In this document: positions 26,681 to 37,700 of the stretch, one piece after another
Position numbering within the stretch: position 1 is the stretch's first letter
Layout of the letters: every line of letters starts with the position of its first letter
Source of the DNA: Candidatus Latescibacterota bacterium
GTDB taxonomy: Bacteria > Latescibacterota > UBA2968
Direction: 5' to 3'
Length of the DNA: 64,000 nucleotides
Assembly: GCA_022821275.1 (NCBI GenBank)
Contig: JAJEDY010000002.1
Location: 28,561 to 92,560 of the forward strand
Program-made: the position numbers and the translations under genes
Notes under the pieces: model-generated
What the model was told of the DNA's origin: nothing
Seen by the model: only the letters and a program-made list of their open reading frames with translations
Database searches by the model: none

Positions 26681-27832
26681 ATGAAAATTACAGACATCGA
26701 AGTGATTACATTCCGCACGCCAGGCGGCAGGTCTCGACCGAGTAAGTGGGGCTACGGCATCTGGGGAGAAGAGCAAAAAGAGTCGGCAAGCTCAATCTTC
26801 AAAATCGTAACAGATGAAGGCCTCGAAGGATATATGATCGGCGGCGACCGCCGATACCTCGAAGGCCCGATCAAGCGCATGTTGATCGGCGAAGATCCCC
26901 TATCCCGTGAAACCATCTGGAACTGGATGGACCAACTCGTCACTTTCGGTCACAGCTTACCCGAGCATGTTATGGGCGCAGTCGATTGCGCCCTTTGGGA
27001 TCTGCTCGGCAGAATGGTTGACCTGCCCGTACACAAAATCCTCGGTGGTGCCCGCGACAAAGTCAAAGCTTATGCCAGCACCTATCCCAACATCGGCAAA
27101 CCCGAAGATTATGCCGAACATGCACTCGAGTGCAAAAAGCAGGGATACAAAGCCTACAAAGTTCACGCGTACATCTGCTGGAACCCACACACCTGGGAAC
27201 CTGCCCCACAGGTGCCCGGATTCCCCAAAGAAGACATAGAAGTCTGCAAAGCCGTGCGCGAAGCTGTCGGCGATGACATGGTCTTAATGCTCGATCCCTT
27301 CGGCGTATATACCCTGGAGCAATCTTTGTGGGTCGGTCGCGAACTGGAAAAACTGAACTATTACTGGCTCGAACACCCCATGATCGAAACGCGAACAGAA
27401 GCATACCGACGATTGACCCGCGAGTTGGACATCGCCATTCTCTCGCCAGAACATATTCCCGGCGGCGTCTTCACACGCGCCGAATGGGTGCTCCAGGGTG
27501 CATCTGACATGCTGCGCATCGATCACAACTATGGCGGCATCACGGGATCCTACAAAATGGTGAATGTGGCACAGGCCTTCGGCATTCAGTGTGAAATGCA
27601 CTATGGCGGATGGGCAAACTGCCAAATCCTGGGCGCAACAACAGAAGCAACCTGTGAATACTACGAACGCGGTCTCTTGCGCCCCGACTTCGACTACGAA
27701 ACCCCACCCCCCTATCTGAATTCCATTGTAGATCCCCTGGATGACGACGGCAACGTCATCCTCCCCCAGCTACCAGGTCTGGGATTTGATTTTAACTGGG
27801 ATTACATTAACGACAATCTAATTGAGCCATAA
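26681..27832 (+). CDS. Enolase-superfamily enzyme (mandelate racemase/muconate lactonizing family; sugar-acid dehydratase-like)
   Basis: N-terminal capping domain plus barrel with KVH (K-x-K-like), D-x-F, E, D metal ligands (MLDPFG, ILSPEHI). Confidence 0.75.
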   Translation: MKITDIEVITFRTPGGRSRPSKWGYGIWGEEQKESASSIFKIVTDEGLEGYMIGGDRRYLEGPIKRMLIGEDPLSRETIWNWMDQLVTFGHSLPEHVMGAVDCALWDLLGRMVDLPVHKILGGARDKVKAYASTYPNIGKPEDYAEHALECKKQGYKAYKVHAYICWNPHTWEPAPQVPGFPKEDIEVCKAVREAVGDDMVLMLDPFGVYTLEQSLWVGRELEKLNYYWLEHPMIETRTEAYRRLTRELDIAILSPEHIPGGVFTRAEWVLQGASDMLRIDHNYGGITGSYKMVNVAQAFGIQCEMHYGGWANCQILGATTEATCEYYERGLLRPDFDYETPPPYLNSIVDPLDDDGNVILPQLPGLGFDFNWDYINDNLIEP

Positions 27833-27881
27833 CAGGACGTTGGCCGCCAGGACCAGAAGGCAATAGAAAAGGAGACCAGCT

Positions 27882-29030
27882 ATGGCTAAAACACTTGAAG
27901 AAGAGGCAAATGGCGCTGTCGTCTATCAAATTACCGATGACCCACTCGAAAAATCCAATATTTACTGCGAACAGCCCTATTGTTCGGCGGACTCCCGGGT
28001 TTTTGTGTACGAACGGCAAAATCCGAAACTCGGCCCGAATTATAACGAATATGTGACCTGCGAATTCGGGACATGGAAGTCCGAGGTTATAGGACAGGGA
28101 CTGCGAGCGCCAGGAATGAGCCACACCGGGATATTTTACTACCGCCACGTTCGGGAGGGAAAATGCCTGGAACTGCGGCGGGTTGATCTCGCCACGGGCG
28201 AATGGGAGGTAATTTTCGAATTTCCCGAAGATTTTCAGCACCGGGGGATGGACACAGTATCTCCCGACGAACGCTACTATGCCTACGGCGTAACCCTCAG
28301 CCTGGAACCCCAGATGTTCGGGATCGAACTTCTGGATTTGAAGACCGGCACGCGGGATCTCATCCACACCGATCCGGATATTTGCAACCCACACACTCAG
28401 TTCGAGCCCACCTGGGGCAAGCAAATTATGGTGCAGCACAACCGGGGGTGCAAAGTGCTGCCCGACGGTACCAGGGCGATAATCTTCGGAGAACAGGGTG
28501 CCACGGAATTTCTCCTGGACATCCCGAGCGGAAAGGTGACGCGATTGCAGGTGGGGGAACCTTATACACCCAGCATCGTGGGACACGAGGCCTGGATTGC
28601 AGGAACGAACGAGATATTGCTCACGGTCCGTGCCCCAAACGCCCGGGGGCTACACAGCCCCGAAGAATGGTATTTTGCAGAAGGCGACTACACCCCCGAA
28701 AAGGGCAATCTGCTGGGGGTAAAAGCCGGAGGACCGCCCCGGATCGTCTCGCGCGGGTACCGGTTTAACCACCTGGGGACATCTCCGTGCGGCCGGTACT
28801 TTTTTGCCGATGACTGGCAGGGATCCGGCAAGCTCATACTGGGATCCATCCAGACGGGAAAAAATGCGGTCGTATGCGACGCCCGCACCTCAATTCTCGT
28901 CAAAAAAGCGCATCCGCACGCCTATGCCTCTCCGGATATGCGGTGGCTGGTGTTCACATCCGACCTGAGCGGACAACCCCAGATTCACGTCGCGTCCATA
29001 CCGCCGGATCTGGTGTCCGGGCTGAATTGA
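27882..29030 (+). CDS. ogl: Oligogalacturonate lyase-like beta-propeller (PL22 family)
   Basis: The C-terminus KAHPHAYASPDMRWLVFTSDLSGQPQIHVASIP closely parallels Ogl ...HPHPSFTPDDKHVLFTSDVDGKPALYLAKVP. The mid region RRVDLATGEWEVIFEFPEDF matches MRVDLTTLEEKTIYQVPDDW. No signal peptide. Recalled from memory, not searched. Confidence 0.6.
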   Translation: MAKTLEEEANGAVVYQITDDPLEKSNIYCEQPYCSADSRVFVYERQNPKLGPNYNEYVTCEFGTWKSEVIGQGLRAPGMSHTGIFYYRHVREGKCLELRRVDLATGEWEVIFEFPEDFQHRGMDTVSPDERYYAYGVTLSLEPQMFGIELLDLKTGTRDLIHTDPDICNPHTQFEPTWGKQIMVQHNRGCKVLPDGTRAIIFGEQGATEFLLDIPSGKVTRLQVGEPYTPSIVGHEAWIAGTNEILLTVRAPNARGLHSPEEWYFAEGDYTPEKGNLLGVKAGGPPRIVSRGYRFNHLGTSPCGRYFFADDWQGSGKLILGSIQTGKNAVVCDARTSILVKKAHPHAYASPDMRWLVFTSDLSGQPQIHVASIPPDLVSGLN

Positions 29031-29065
29031 AAAGCGATATACACTTTAGTCGAAAGGAGTAAATC

Positions 29066-30265
29066 TTGAACAGTGATCCAGGACTTCCCACCGTTGCACC
29101 AGAAGATGTGGGACTATCAGCTACGCGCTTGCACCGCATCAATCACCTGATGCAACGCTATATCGACGAAGACAAACTCGTCAGCATTATAACGATGGTT
29201 TGTCGGCAGGGCAAAATCGCGCATTTTTCATGTTTTGGCACACAAGACAAAAAAGTACCCACAACGCGCGATACGATCTTTCGGATTTATTCAATGACCA
29301 AACCGATCACAACTGTCGCGGCCATGATGCTCTTTGAAGAGGGGCTTTTTCAACTGGACGATCCCGTATCGGATTTTATTCCAGAATTAAAAGACGTGAA
29401 AGTCTTCGCCGGTACAGACGCGCCACCAGAGGACCTGGAACGAGAAATCACAATTCGCCATTTGATGACCCACACATCGGGCCTGACGTATGGCTTTATG
29501 GGCAATTCGCCCGTCGAACAAATGTATAATCAGGCAAAAATTAATCGGCCAGACCATTCGACAAAAGAAATGGTGCAAACACTAGCAACGCTACCTCTGG
29601 CAAATCAACCGGGTACTGCCTGGCGCTACAGCGTATCGACCGATGTACTCGGTCATTTTGTCGAAGTTGTCTCCGGCATGTCTCTCGATGCGTTTTTCAG
29701 AGAGCGAATTTTAGATCCCCTGGGCATGGAAGACACGGAATTTTGGGTGCGCGAGGGACAGGGACATCGGTTTGCAACAAATTACGGCCCGGCACAAGAA
29801 GGTGGGATTCGCGTGATTGACGACCCGGCGACCAGCAAATTTTCCAGTCCGCAAAAATTCTATTCCGGGGGGGGCGGATTGGTCTCCACAGCCGCTGATT
29901 ACATCCGCTTCTGCCACATGATGCTCGATGGGGGCGCGTTTCAAGGCGTACGCCTTCTGGGGCGCAAAACCGTCGAACTGATGACAATGAACCACTTGCC
30001 CGATGAATTGATGCCCATCTCTCTCGGACTGGCAAATCTATCGGGTGAAGGTTTTGGATTGGGAGGCGCGATTTTGCTCGATGCGGCCGCTGGCGGTCCC
30101 GGCAGTGTGGGAACATTTCGCTGGGGTGGCGCGGCAACAACTGCGTTCTGGATCGATTATGAAGAAGAACTCGTCGGATTATTGCTCACGCAATTTATGC
30201 CCGCAAATTACTACCGCATTCGCGCTGAATTTAAGACACTGGTGTACCAGGCACTGATTGGATAA
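29066..30265 (+). CDS. Serine hydrolase (class C beta-lactamase/esterase family)
   Basis: S-x-x-K motif IYSMTKPIT, Y-x-N-like and H-x-G (TFRWGGAATT) elements. TTG start. Confidence 0.7.
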   Translation: MNSDPGLPTVAPEDVGLSATRLHRINHLMQRYIDEDKLVSIITMVCRQGKIAHFSCFGTQDKKVPTTRDTIFRIYSMTKPITTVAAMMLFEEGLFQLDDPVSDFIPELKDVKVFAGTDAPPEDLEREITIRHLMTHTSGLTYGFMGNSPVEQMYNQAKINRPDHSTKEMVQTLATLPLANQPGTAWRYSVSTDVLGHFVEVVSGMSLDAFFRERILDPLGMEDTEFWVREGQGHRFATNYGPAQEGGIRVIDDPATSKFSSPQKFYSGGGGLVSTAADYIRFCHMMLDGGAFQGVRLLGRKTVELMTMNHLPDELMPISLGLANLSGEGFGLGGAILLDAAAGGPGSVGTFRWGGAATTAFWIDYEEELVGLLLTQFMPANYYRIRAEFKTLVYQALIG

Positions 30266-30291
30266 TGTTTTTTTGATAATGGAGACAATAA

Positions 30292-31088
30292 TGAGCGGAC
30301 GATTTGGATACAACATGGACAAAAATATACCCCTTGAAGAGAGTATTGTGTGGGGTGCAGAAAATGGATTTCGCTATATCGACTTTCAGGCAGATATGCC
30401 CCCAAATAATCTTGCCTCTTTTGATAATGCACGCGTAAAACGCATTCGAGATCTGTGTGAAAAACACGCAGTGCAAATCGGCGTACATCCCTCTTCCGCC
30501 ATTAACAATGCCGAATACGTACCGATATTATCCGAAGCAGTCGATGACTATGTAAACGCCAATTTTGACCTCGCGGTTCGGTTGGGATGTGGCTGGGTCG
30601 TCGGCCATGGGGGCTATCATTTTGGCGATACAGGTCCTCGCCGCGATGCTGCCATAGAACGCATGAAACGGTTGGTACACCGAGCGGAAAAAACCGATGT
30701 AGCGATCTATTTTGAAAATCACAATCTGGAACCCGAACACGCCGAAATTCACTATTTGCCGCACAACGTCGAAGAGACAAAGTGGTTTTTTGAAGCCATT
30801 CAATCCGATCATTTCAAATGGGCTTTCAACGTCGCGCACGGGCATCTCGTGCCCGAAGGCTGGGCGGGATTTCTCGATGCGTTTGGCGTAGATAACATCG
30901 GCCAGGTACGCGTCAATGATAACAATGGCGATTATGAAATACACCTGGTGCCAGGAGAAGGAACAATCGACTTTGACGCACTCTTCAAACGCTTAAACGC
31001 CATGGGCTACGACGGATGGTTCAGCCTGGGCTTTGGGAATGCAGCCGACAAAATTCGCATCAAAAATGAGTTCGAAAAAAAGCTATAA
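30292..31088 (+). CDS. Sugar phosphate isomerase/epimerase (xylose isomerase-like TIM barrel)
   Basis: GGAGA precedes ATG 30292. FENHN...E..., HGHLVPEG ligand pattern. Confidence 0.7.
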
Positions 31089-31100
31089 GGAGGAAGAACC

Positions 31101-31823
31101 TTGTCGTTAATCACAGTTATCGGACGCGGACATTCGGGCACGCGGTTAATCTCGCACACGCTCTATGCCAGCGGTATGTACATGGGGCGCTTGATCAATG
31201 CATCGGGCGATAAAATGCCTCCCCAAGCGCTTTATGATGCGTGCCGTGTAATGGCAAAATACGTAAAATGGAATGGCGATCTATCGTGGGATTTTGATGA
31301 CCTGCACACCATGGATATCGATCCCGAATTTACCCACCTGGTCGAAACCTATTTGCAAGACGTGCTTCCCCCCAGAAATCGCTACGAGAACTACGGATGG
31401 AAATTGCCCGAAACCACACTGGTCTATCCGTGGATCGTGCGCATGTTTCCCGATGCCAAATACATTCACTGGGTGCGCGATCCGCGCGATTGTATTTTGA
31501 GTGGACACAAAACAGATGATTTGCGCGACTTCGATATTCAATATCCGCACACAGATGACATACGCGAACGGCGGGCAATTTCCTGGTTGTATCAGTATGA
31601 AATCATGAAATCCACGCCCGTGCCCAAACACTGCATCACCGTGCGATTTGAGGATGCGATATTAAATCAGGATGAGACATTTGCGCGGGTAGAGAAATTC
31701 CTCGGATTTCCATTGGGCAAAGTAATCGTGCGTCCCGATTCCGTGGGCAGGTGGAAAACCGATGATGGCGTCTATGATTTTGAGTTCTTGCATCCCGCGA
31801 TGAAAGAATACCAATACATTTAG
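31101..31823 (+). CDS. Sulfotransferase-family protein (PAPS-dependent fold), tentative
   Basis: VIGRGHSGTRL resembles the 5'-PSB P-loop (x-R/K-S/T-G-T-T-x). KYIHWVRDPRDCILS resembles the 3'-PB motif (R-D/N-P-x-D...S). AAGGAGG precedes TTG at 31101. Confidence 0.5.
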   Translation: MSLITVIGRGHSGTRLISHTLYASGMYMGRLINASGDKMPPQALYDACRVMAKYVKWNGDLSWDFDDLHTMDIDPEFTHLVETYLQDVLPPRNRYENYGWKLPETTLVYPWIVRMFPDAKYIHWVRDPRDCILSGHKTDDLRDFDIQYPHTDDIRERRAISWLYQYEIMKSTPVPKHCITVRFEDAILNQDETFARVEKFLGFPLGKVIVRPDSVGRWKTDDGVYDFEFLHPAMKEYQYI

Positions 31824-31833
31824 AACCGCGAAC

Positions 31834-32793
31834 ATGCCCTACAAAACCTTCGACCGCTCCAAACTCAAACTCCGACCGCTCAACCAGCGGGAACACGATC
31901 TCTCTATCGATCAAATCACCGACCTCAACGCGCCAATACCCCCTTTTGACAACCCCAGCCTTCCCATCGTCGCTGATCGAATCGTGCGCGCCAGACAAAA
32001 CAATCGCGCGGTCATCTTCATGATCGGCGCACACGTCATTCGCGCTGGCGCCGCGCGCTATCTCATCGACCTGATGGAACGCGGCCTCATCACCCATATT
32101 GCCGGCAATGGCGCCTGTGCCATTCACGACTACGAATTTGCCCGCATTGGCGCAACCACCGAAAGCGTGGGCAAATACATCCGCACCGGAGAATTTGGGC
32201 TGTGGACAGAAACAGGCGACCTCAACCTCATTGCCCAAACAGCGGCACAAAAAGGCATTGGACTGGGCGAAGCCGTTGGGCGCAACATCCTCGAAAGCAA
32301 TTACCCGCACAAAGACATCAGCATTTTTGCCGCTGCTGTCCGACTCAACATCCCCATCACCACACACGTCAGCATCGGTTATGACATCGTTCACGAACAC
32401 CCCAACTGCGACGGTGCCGCAATTGGCGCGAGCACCTACACCGACTTCTTAATTTTCACAGAATCCATCTCCCACCTCGAAGGCGGCGTCCTCCTCAACA
32501 TCGGCACGGCCATCATGGGTCCCGAAGTCTATCTCAAAGCCCTCGCCATGGCCCGCAATGTCGCCCGCCAGGAAAATCGCAGCATCGCCAGATTTACCAC
32601 AGCAGTCTTTGACCTCATTCCCCTCGGCGACGACCTCGACACCGAAGCCCCCAAAACCGACCCCCGCTACTACTACCGCCCCTTCAAAACCATCCTCGTC
32701 CGCACGGTGCAAGACGGCGGCGAAAGCTATTATATTCAGGGCGACCACCGGGAGACAATCCCAAATTTACATCGACAGATAAGAGCAAAGTAG
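31834..32793 (+). CDS. Deoxyhypusine synthase-like family protein (tentative)
   Basis: AVIFMIGAHVIRAGAARYLIDLMERGLITHIAGNGACAIHDYEF parallels the DHS block [44 protein letters not shown]. The alignment is by eye only. Confidence 0.35.
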   Translation: MPYKTFDRSKLKLRPLNQREHDLSIDQITDLNAPIPPFDNPSLPIVADRIVRARQNNRAVIFMIGAHVIRAGAARYLIDLMERGLITHIAGNGACAIHDYEFARIGATTESVGKYIRTGEFGLWTETGDLNLIAQTAAQKGIGLGEAVGRNILESNYPHKDISIFAAAVRLNIPITTHVSIGYDIVHEHPNCDGAAIGASTYTDFLIFTESISHLEGGVLLNIGTAIMGPEVYLKALAMARNVARQENRSIARFTTAVFDLIPLGDDLDTEAPKTDPRYYYRPFKTILVRTVQDGGESYYIQGDHRETIPNLHRQIRAK

Positions 32794-32799
32794 GCCCAC

Positions 32800-34779
32800 T
32801 CACCACGCGACATGGATCATATGTCCCTGCCCGTGGAACCAGATCCAATCTATAACGACACCGATTGCCGTACCCGCCATATAGGCAACCATCATCCCAA
32901 GAAAAAGCGGTGTCAACTTGCGATAGCGTTCCAAGCCGCCAAGCCGCAACACAATCGTCTTCAAAGCCCAAACCATAAAAATCGTCAGCGTTGTATTGCG
33001 AAGCGGTGCAGAAGCTGAAATCGTAAACCCAATCGGATGAAGCGGAAAACCCGGAAACTGATACCGCAGGAAAAACAACAAACCCGTAAATGCGGCGCCA
33101 ACCCCCAAAAAACCGATGCGATCCCAACTCGTGCCCATTGTACCGGCTTGAATGCGCCCCACGGCGAGTTGGCTAAACCCCGCCAGATTCAGCGCCCCAA
33201 TACCCCGAAAACTCACAGTTCCAAAATTGTAACTCCCCATGACGAAATAGCCGTAATACAAAATAAACCCCACCGCCGTCGCAGCCCCAATCAACGCCCC
33301 CAACATCACCCCCGGCGCGAGCACCTTGCGCAACCTGCTATTTATCGCCATCCCCAACCTCGGCACATGCGCCATAGGCGTCATCGCAAACGTCTTGGCA
33401 TCGCATGCAAACGCATTGGTCAGTGTCAAAATCACCGCACTGCCCGGGCCCATGCCCAAAACGCCGAACAAATGCCAGGTAAAAGCCTGCGCCGTGATCG
33501 GTCCCCGCAAAAAAATAAGCCCGCTCTCCACCATAATCCGCGCCAATCCCAAATACAAGACCAGCGTGGCAAAATAAAATGCAAAAATGGGTGCCCAGGC
33601 CATACCCGCACTTTTCAACCACAACAAAAGATATGCAGAACAACCCAGCATCACCCACACAGAGGTCCGGTACGACATCAATTCCCCGGTATCATCCACG
33701 CGATCATCACCCTTGAAAGCTTTGCGAAAAACATCCCGCAAATGCGACCGCGCAATCCACAAACCCCAGCCCACAAAGACGATCATCCCCCCAAAACTCT
33801 GCCATCCCACCGCCGCGTGAAAAGACCCCCACGGATCCACACTCCCCACTTCCAGACCAACGCGATTGAACACCCCCGCCTGCACAAGAGCCAGCACGTG
33901 AAAAAACCAGATTGAAAACAGCACTTCCAGATTCGTGAAATAGCCAAACACCAGTGTCAAAATACTGAACCGCAACTGAAAAGGCGGAAAACCCCGCGCA
34001 AGCGGCAACAATTTAGCCGCAAAATTCCCACTCAAAATGGGCGGCGGCGGCACAGCCACATAAAACCAGGTGAGCATAAACCAGCAAAGAATCAAAAAAG
34101 TGATCGCAAATCCCACCAAAAAAAATCGCGACCGCACCAGCGAAGAAAGCGTACCGCGCGTCCCAGACACACCCGTCAGTTCCAAAAGCGCGCGCGCCAC
34201 GGGAAAAGATAGCCGCTCATGCGCCATCCACTGCTTTCGCAAAATCACGCTCAAGCAGAGATTGACACCCAGTATAGCACCCAAAAAAGTGCCCCACCAG
34301 AACAGCGGGGCAATCCATAAACGCCACGGAAACCCCTCCCCAGGCGGGAGTCCCTCATAAAAATGCGTCACAGCCGTGCGATCATTTACCACAGCCCACC
34401 CCGGCAAATGCGGCAACAAAAACTCGCCCCATCGGTTCTCTGCCGACGCAAAATAGTGCGGCATAGTGAGCGCTTCTAAAAAATAATTCGACAACCACTC
34501 CCCCTGCATACACGCAGCCACGATGCCTATACAACACACGACCAGCAACTCAGACGGCGACAAGCTGCGCCGTCCCAGAAACAGATTGCCCACCAGCAAA
34601 AACAAATACGGAATGAGCAGAGCCACAGACAAATGCGCGTGGTCAGCCCGCGTGGAATGCAGCACCAGACTCGCGTACACAGGCCAAAAATTGACCCACG
34701 CCGCCATGACCAAACCAATTATCAGGGACCGGTGCGTCACTTTTGAAAAAACAGTGCTCTTCGAAGTCACGTTTTTCAT
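32800..34779 (-). CDS. Large polytopic integral membrane protein of unknown function (~14+ TMS, Trp/Phe-rich)
   Basis: 659 aa, many hydrophobic segments, no recognisable transporter signature. Confidence 0.5.
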   Translation of the reverse strand: MKNVTSKSTVFSKVTHRSLIIGLVMAAWVNFWPVYASLVLHSTRADHAHLSVALLIPYLFLLVGNLFLGRRSLSPSELLVVCCIGIVAACMQGEWLSNYFLEALTMPHYFASAENRWGEFLLPHLPGWAVVNDRTAVTHFYEGLPPGEGFPWRLWIAPLFWWGTFLGAILGVNLCLSVILRKQWMAHERLSFPVARALLELTGVSGTRGTLSSLVRSRFFLVGFAITFLILCWFMLTWFYVAVPPPPILSGNFAAKLLPLARGFPPFQLRFSILTLVFGYFTNLEVLFSIWFFHVLALVQAGVFNRVGLEVGSVDPWGSFHAAVGWQSFGGMIVFVGWGLWIARSHLRDVFRKAFKGDDRVDDTGELMSYRTSVWVMLGCSAYLLLWLKSAGMAWAPIFAFYFATLVLYLGLARIMVESGLIFLRGPITAQAFTWHLFGVLGMGPGSAVILTLTNAFACDAKTFAMTPMAHVPRLGMAINSRLRKVLAPGVMLGALIGAATAVGFILYYGYFVMGSYNFGTVSFRGIGALNLAGFSQLAVGRIQAGTMGTSWDRIGFLGVGAAFTGLLFFLRYQFPGFPLHPIGFTISASAPLRNTTLTIFMVWALKTIVLRLGGLERYRKLTPLFLGMMVAYMAGTAIGVVIDWIWFHGQGHMIHVAW

Positions 34780-34787
34780 CCGTGATC

Positions 34788-37700
34788 CTATCGCGCACGA
34801 GCCACTGCGACAACGCGTTTGGTAAATTGGGAGAGGTCATCCATCAGGGAATACATGGTGGGCAGGAGGACAAGCGTCAGAATGGTTGAAATGGACAACC
34901 CCGATACGACGACCAGACCGATGGGACCCCAGCGCCGAGCTGTGCCTTCGGCATGGCCAAAAAGCATCGGGATAACCAGTGGCATCAGGCCAATAATAGT
35001 AGTCGTGGCGGTCATCATAATCGGACGCAGGCGATCTTGACCACCGCGGATAATGGCATCGCGGCGAACAAGCCCCTGTTTTCGGTATCTGTTGATATGA
35101 TCAACCAGAACAATGCCATTGTTCACCACAATACCAAAAAGCACCAGAAGGCCGTACTTGGCATTGCTATCCATAGCGATCTTGAAAGTATAAAGACCGA
35201 GCGCGACGCCGATAAATGCGAAGAAAATGCAGAACATAATGGTGAGCGGATGAACGTAGGACTCAAAGAGCGAAGCCATGATAATATAAATGAGAATCAG
35301 CGCAAAAATCATCGTCTCAAAATCCCGATCCTGTTCTGCATTCATAGACTTGAAGCGGCGGTCCATCTGATAGGTATATCCCTCAGGTAGGGGCACATCT
35401 TCCATGCGCGCTTTCATAATCTGCCCCACGCTGAATACTGCTTTTTGTTCTGTATTGGCAAAAACAGTTAGCGTGGGCATGCGATCTTCGCGGGAAATGG
35501 CATTGGGTCCCTGTATCAGATTGAAATCCGCCAAACTCGAGAAAGTGACCATACCGCCCTTATCGCTTTCAAACTCCGTTGTTTTGATCTGCTCAAGAGT
35601 AGCGCGATCTTCTTCGCGGAGTTGAACGGTAATATCGATTTCGCCCTCGGGTGTTTTGAAGTGTGAAGCCCCGCGCGACCCGAGTGCCGAAGCGATATTC
35701 GTAGCAATATCGCGCGGAGAAATGCCATACCGCTGCGCCCGTTCGCGATTTACAACCACGCGGATCTCTTCCATACCCGTCTCAAGGCTGGTCTCGATCT
35801 CGTGAACACCGGGCATCCCCTGCATACTCATTTCAATATCCTCGGCCAGAACCTCCAGAATCTCCTGCTTCCGCCCTTTGAGTTCAACCCCCACCCCCGC
35901 AGTCCCGCCCGACTTGCCCCCGCGAGGTCTGAAACGCACACCGGGAATATCCTTCGGAAGAAGCGCGATGATCCTGTGCTGAACTTCGTCTGTCGTCAAC
36001 TTACTCTCTTCTGCAGACGTGAGATAAATGGTCAAAAGTGCATTTCTCTTTCCCTGGCGATTACCCGTATTGAACTTCGTCGCAATAGCCTCTATGTCGA
36101 GTTCCTCTTTCATAGGAATGAGCATATCTTCAGCTATTTTGAACGTATTACTCGCCTGCTCCAAATCGTACGTGCGGGGCATCTCCACTGTCAGCCTGAT
36201 CGCGCGGGTGGGTTGATAGCGGAAGGGGGCTTGTTCTATTTTGCCGTAGATGTGATTGCCCAAAAAGAGAAGAACGCACGCAACGGACAGCGTTGCCCAG
36301 CGATAGTGCAGGGTATTGGCGACCACCCTCGCGTAGAAGGCTCTGGCACCAATGCCGCGGTAACGAAAATACAAAAAAATCGTCAGTGCCATTGCTGCGG
36401 GAAAACCAATTTTGGCAAATAAAGGCAAACCAGCGATGGTACTCGCAATTGCGTCCCACAGGCTCGCGTAATCAATCTTACTAAAATCCGTATAATATAT
36501 ATATGCCCCCACCCCGACACTCGCTGCGAGTACAAAAATGCTTTTGAGAACGCGATCAAGCGTTTGACCACCTTTATTAAAGGCACGAGATGCTGCCAAC
36601 GGAATCAGGGAAAGCGCGACACAAAACGATGCAATAACAGACACGACAACTGTCAACGAGAACTGCCGCATAAAGAGCGAAGTGCCCGAATCAGTCACAA
36701 AAATGACCGGAACAAATACACACACAGTGGTAAGCGTAGCTGCCAGAACCGGAAGACCAATTTCCTCACTGCCCTCAAGCGCTGCCTGTGTTGCACTCTG
36801 ACCTTCATCAAAACATTTGCGAAAAATATTCTCCAGCGCCACAACAGCGGGATCCACGAGCATCCCAATAGCGACCATCAGCCCCATCATCGATATCAAA
36901 TTCAAAGTGATATCCGTACCCGATTGCCGCAGAAAATACATCATGAGAAACACTGTGAGCGCGCTAATTGGAATGGCGGAGCCAATGATGAGGGTACTGC
37001 GAAAGTTGCGGAGAAAAATGAAGATGGCAATAACGGCTAAGAGACCGCCCATAATCGCCGATTGGCTGAGACTGGTTATGCTGGCAATAACATCCGTTGA
37101 CTGGTCGCGAACCAGAAGCATGCGAAGATTATCTTTGCCAACCTCCTCGTTAATACGGACGAGTTCTTCCCGGGCGCGCTTGCAAACATCGACCATATTT
37201 GCAGTTGAAGATTTATGCACAGAAAGATACAGAGAAGGTATGCCATCGAGGCGATCAAATCGACGAGCGGGGGGATAATCGTAAGTAACCGATGCAACGT
37301 CGGACAGCGCCAGATTTGGGCGAATGGGCAGATTGCGAATCTGGTCAACAGTCTCAAACTCGCCCACACTTCGCACGGCGAATCGCCTATCGCCATCGGT
37401 GACATAACCCGCCGAGATATTGATATTATTTCTGCGAAGCGCGCGATTAATCGTGCGAAAATCCAATTTGTGCGCGATCAGAGCACGCTGATCGACCTCG
37501 ACGAGGAGATCTTTCCGCTGTAAACCCCTCAATTCAACACTTGCCACGCCATCGAGCCTCTGCAACCGCGGCAACAGGCGCTGGTTATAGACCGAGATGA
37601 GGTCTTCGGGATCTTCACCGAGCCACGAAACAGTATATTCGAGAGCCGGAATATCTTCGGTATCGAAACTTTTAATCGAAATATAATCCACGTCATCGGG

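Noticed and set aside
26445-32793. tRNA-Val-integrated genomic island
   Set aside because: No integrase, excisionase or direct repeat of the tRNA 3' end was found by eye downstream. Gene content is metabolic. Kept only as a low-confidence possibility in the findings.
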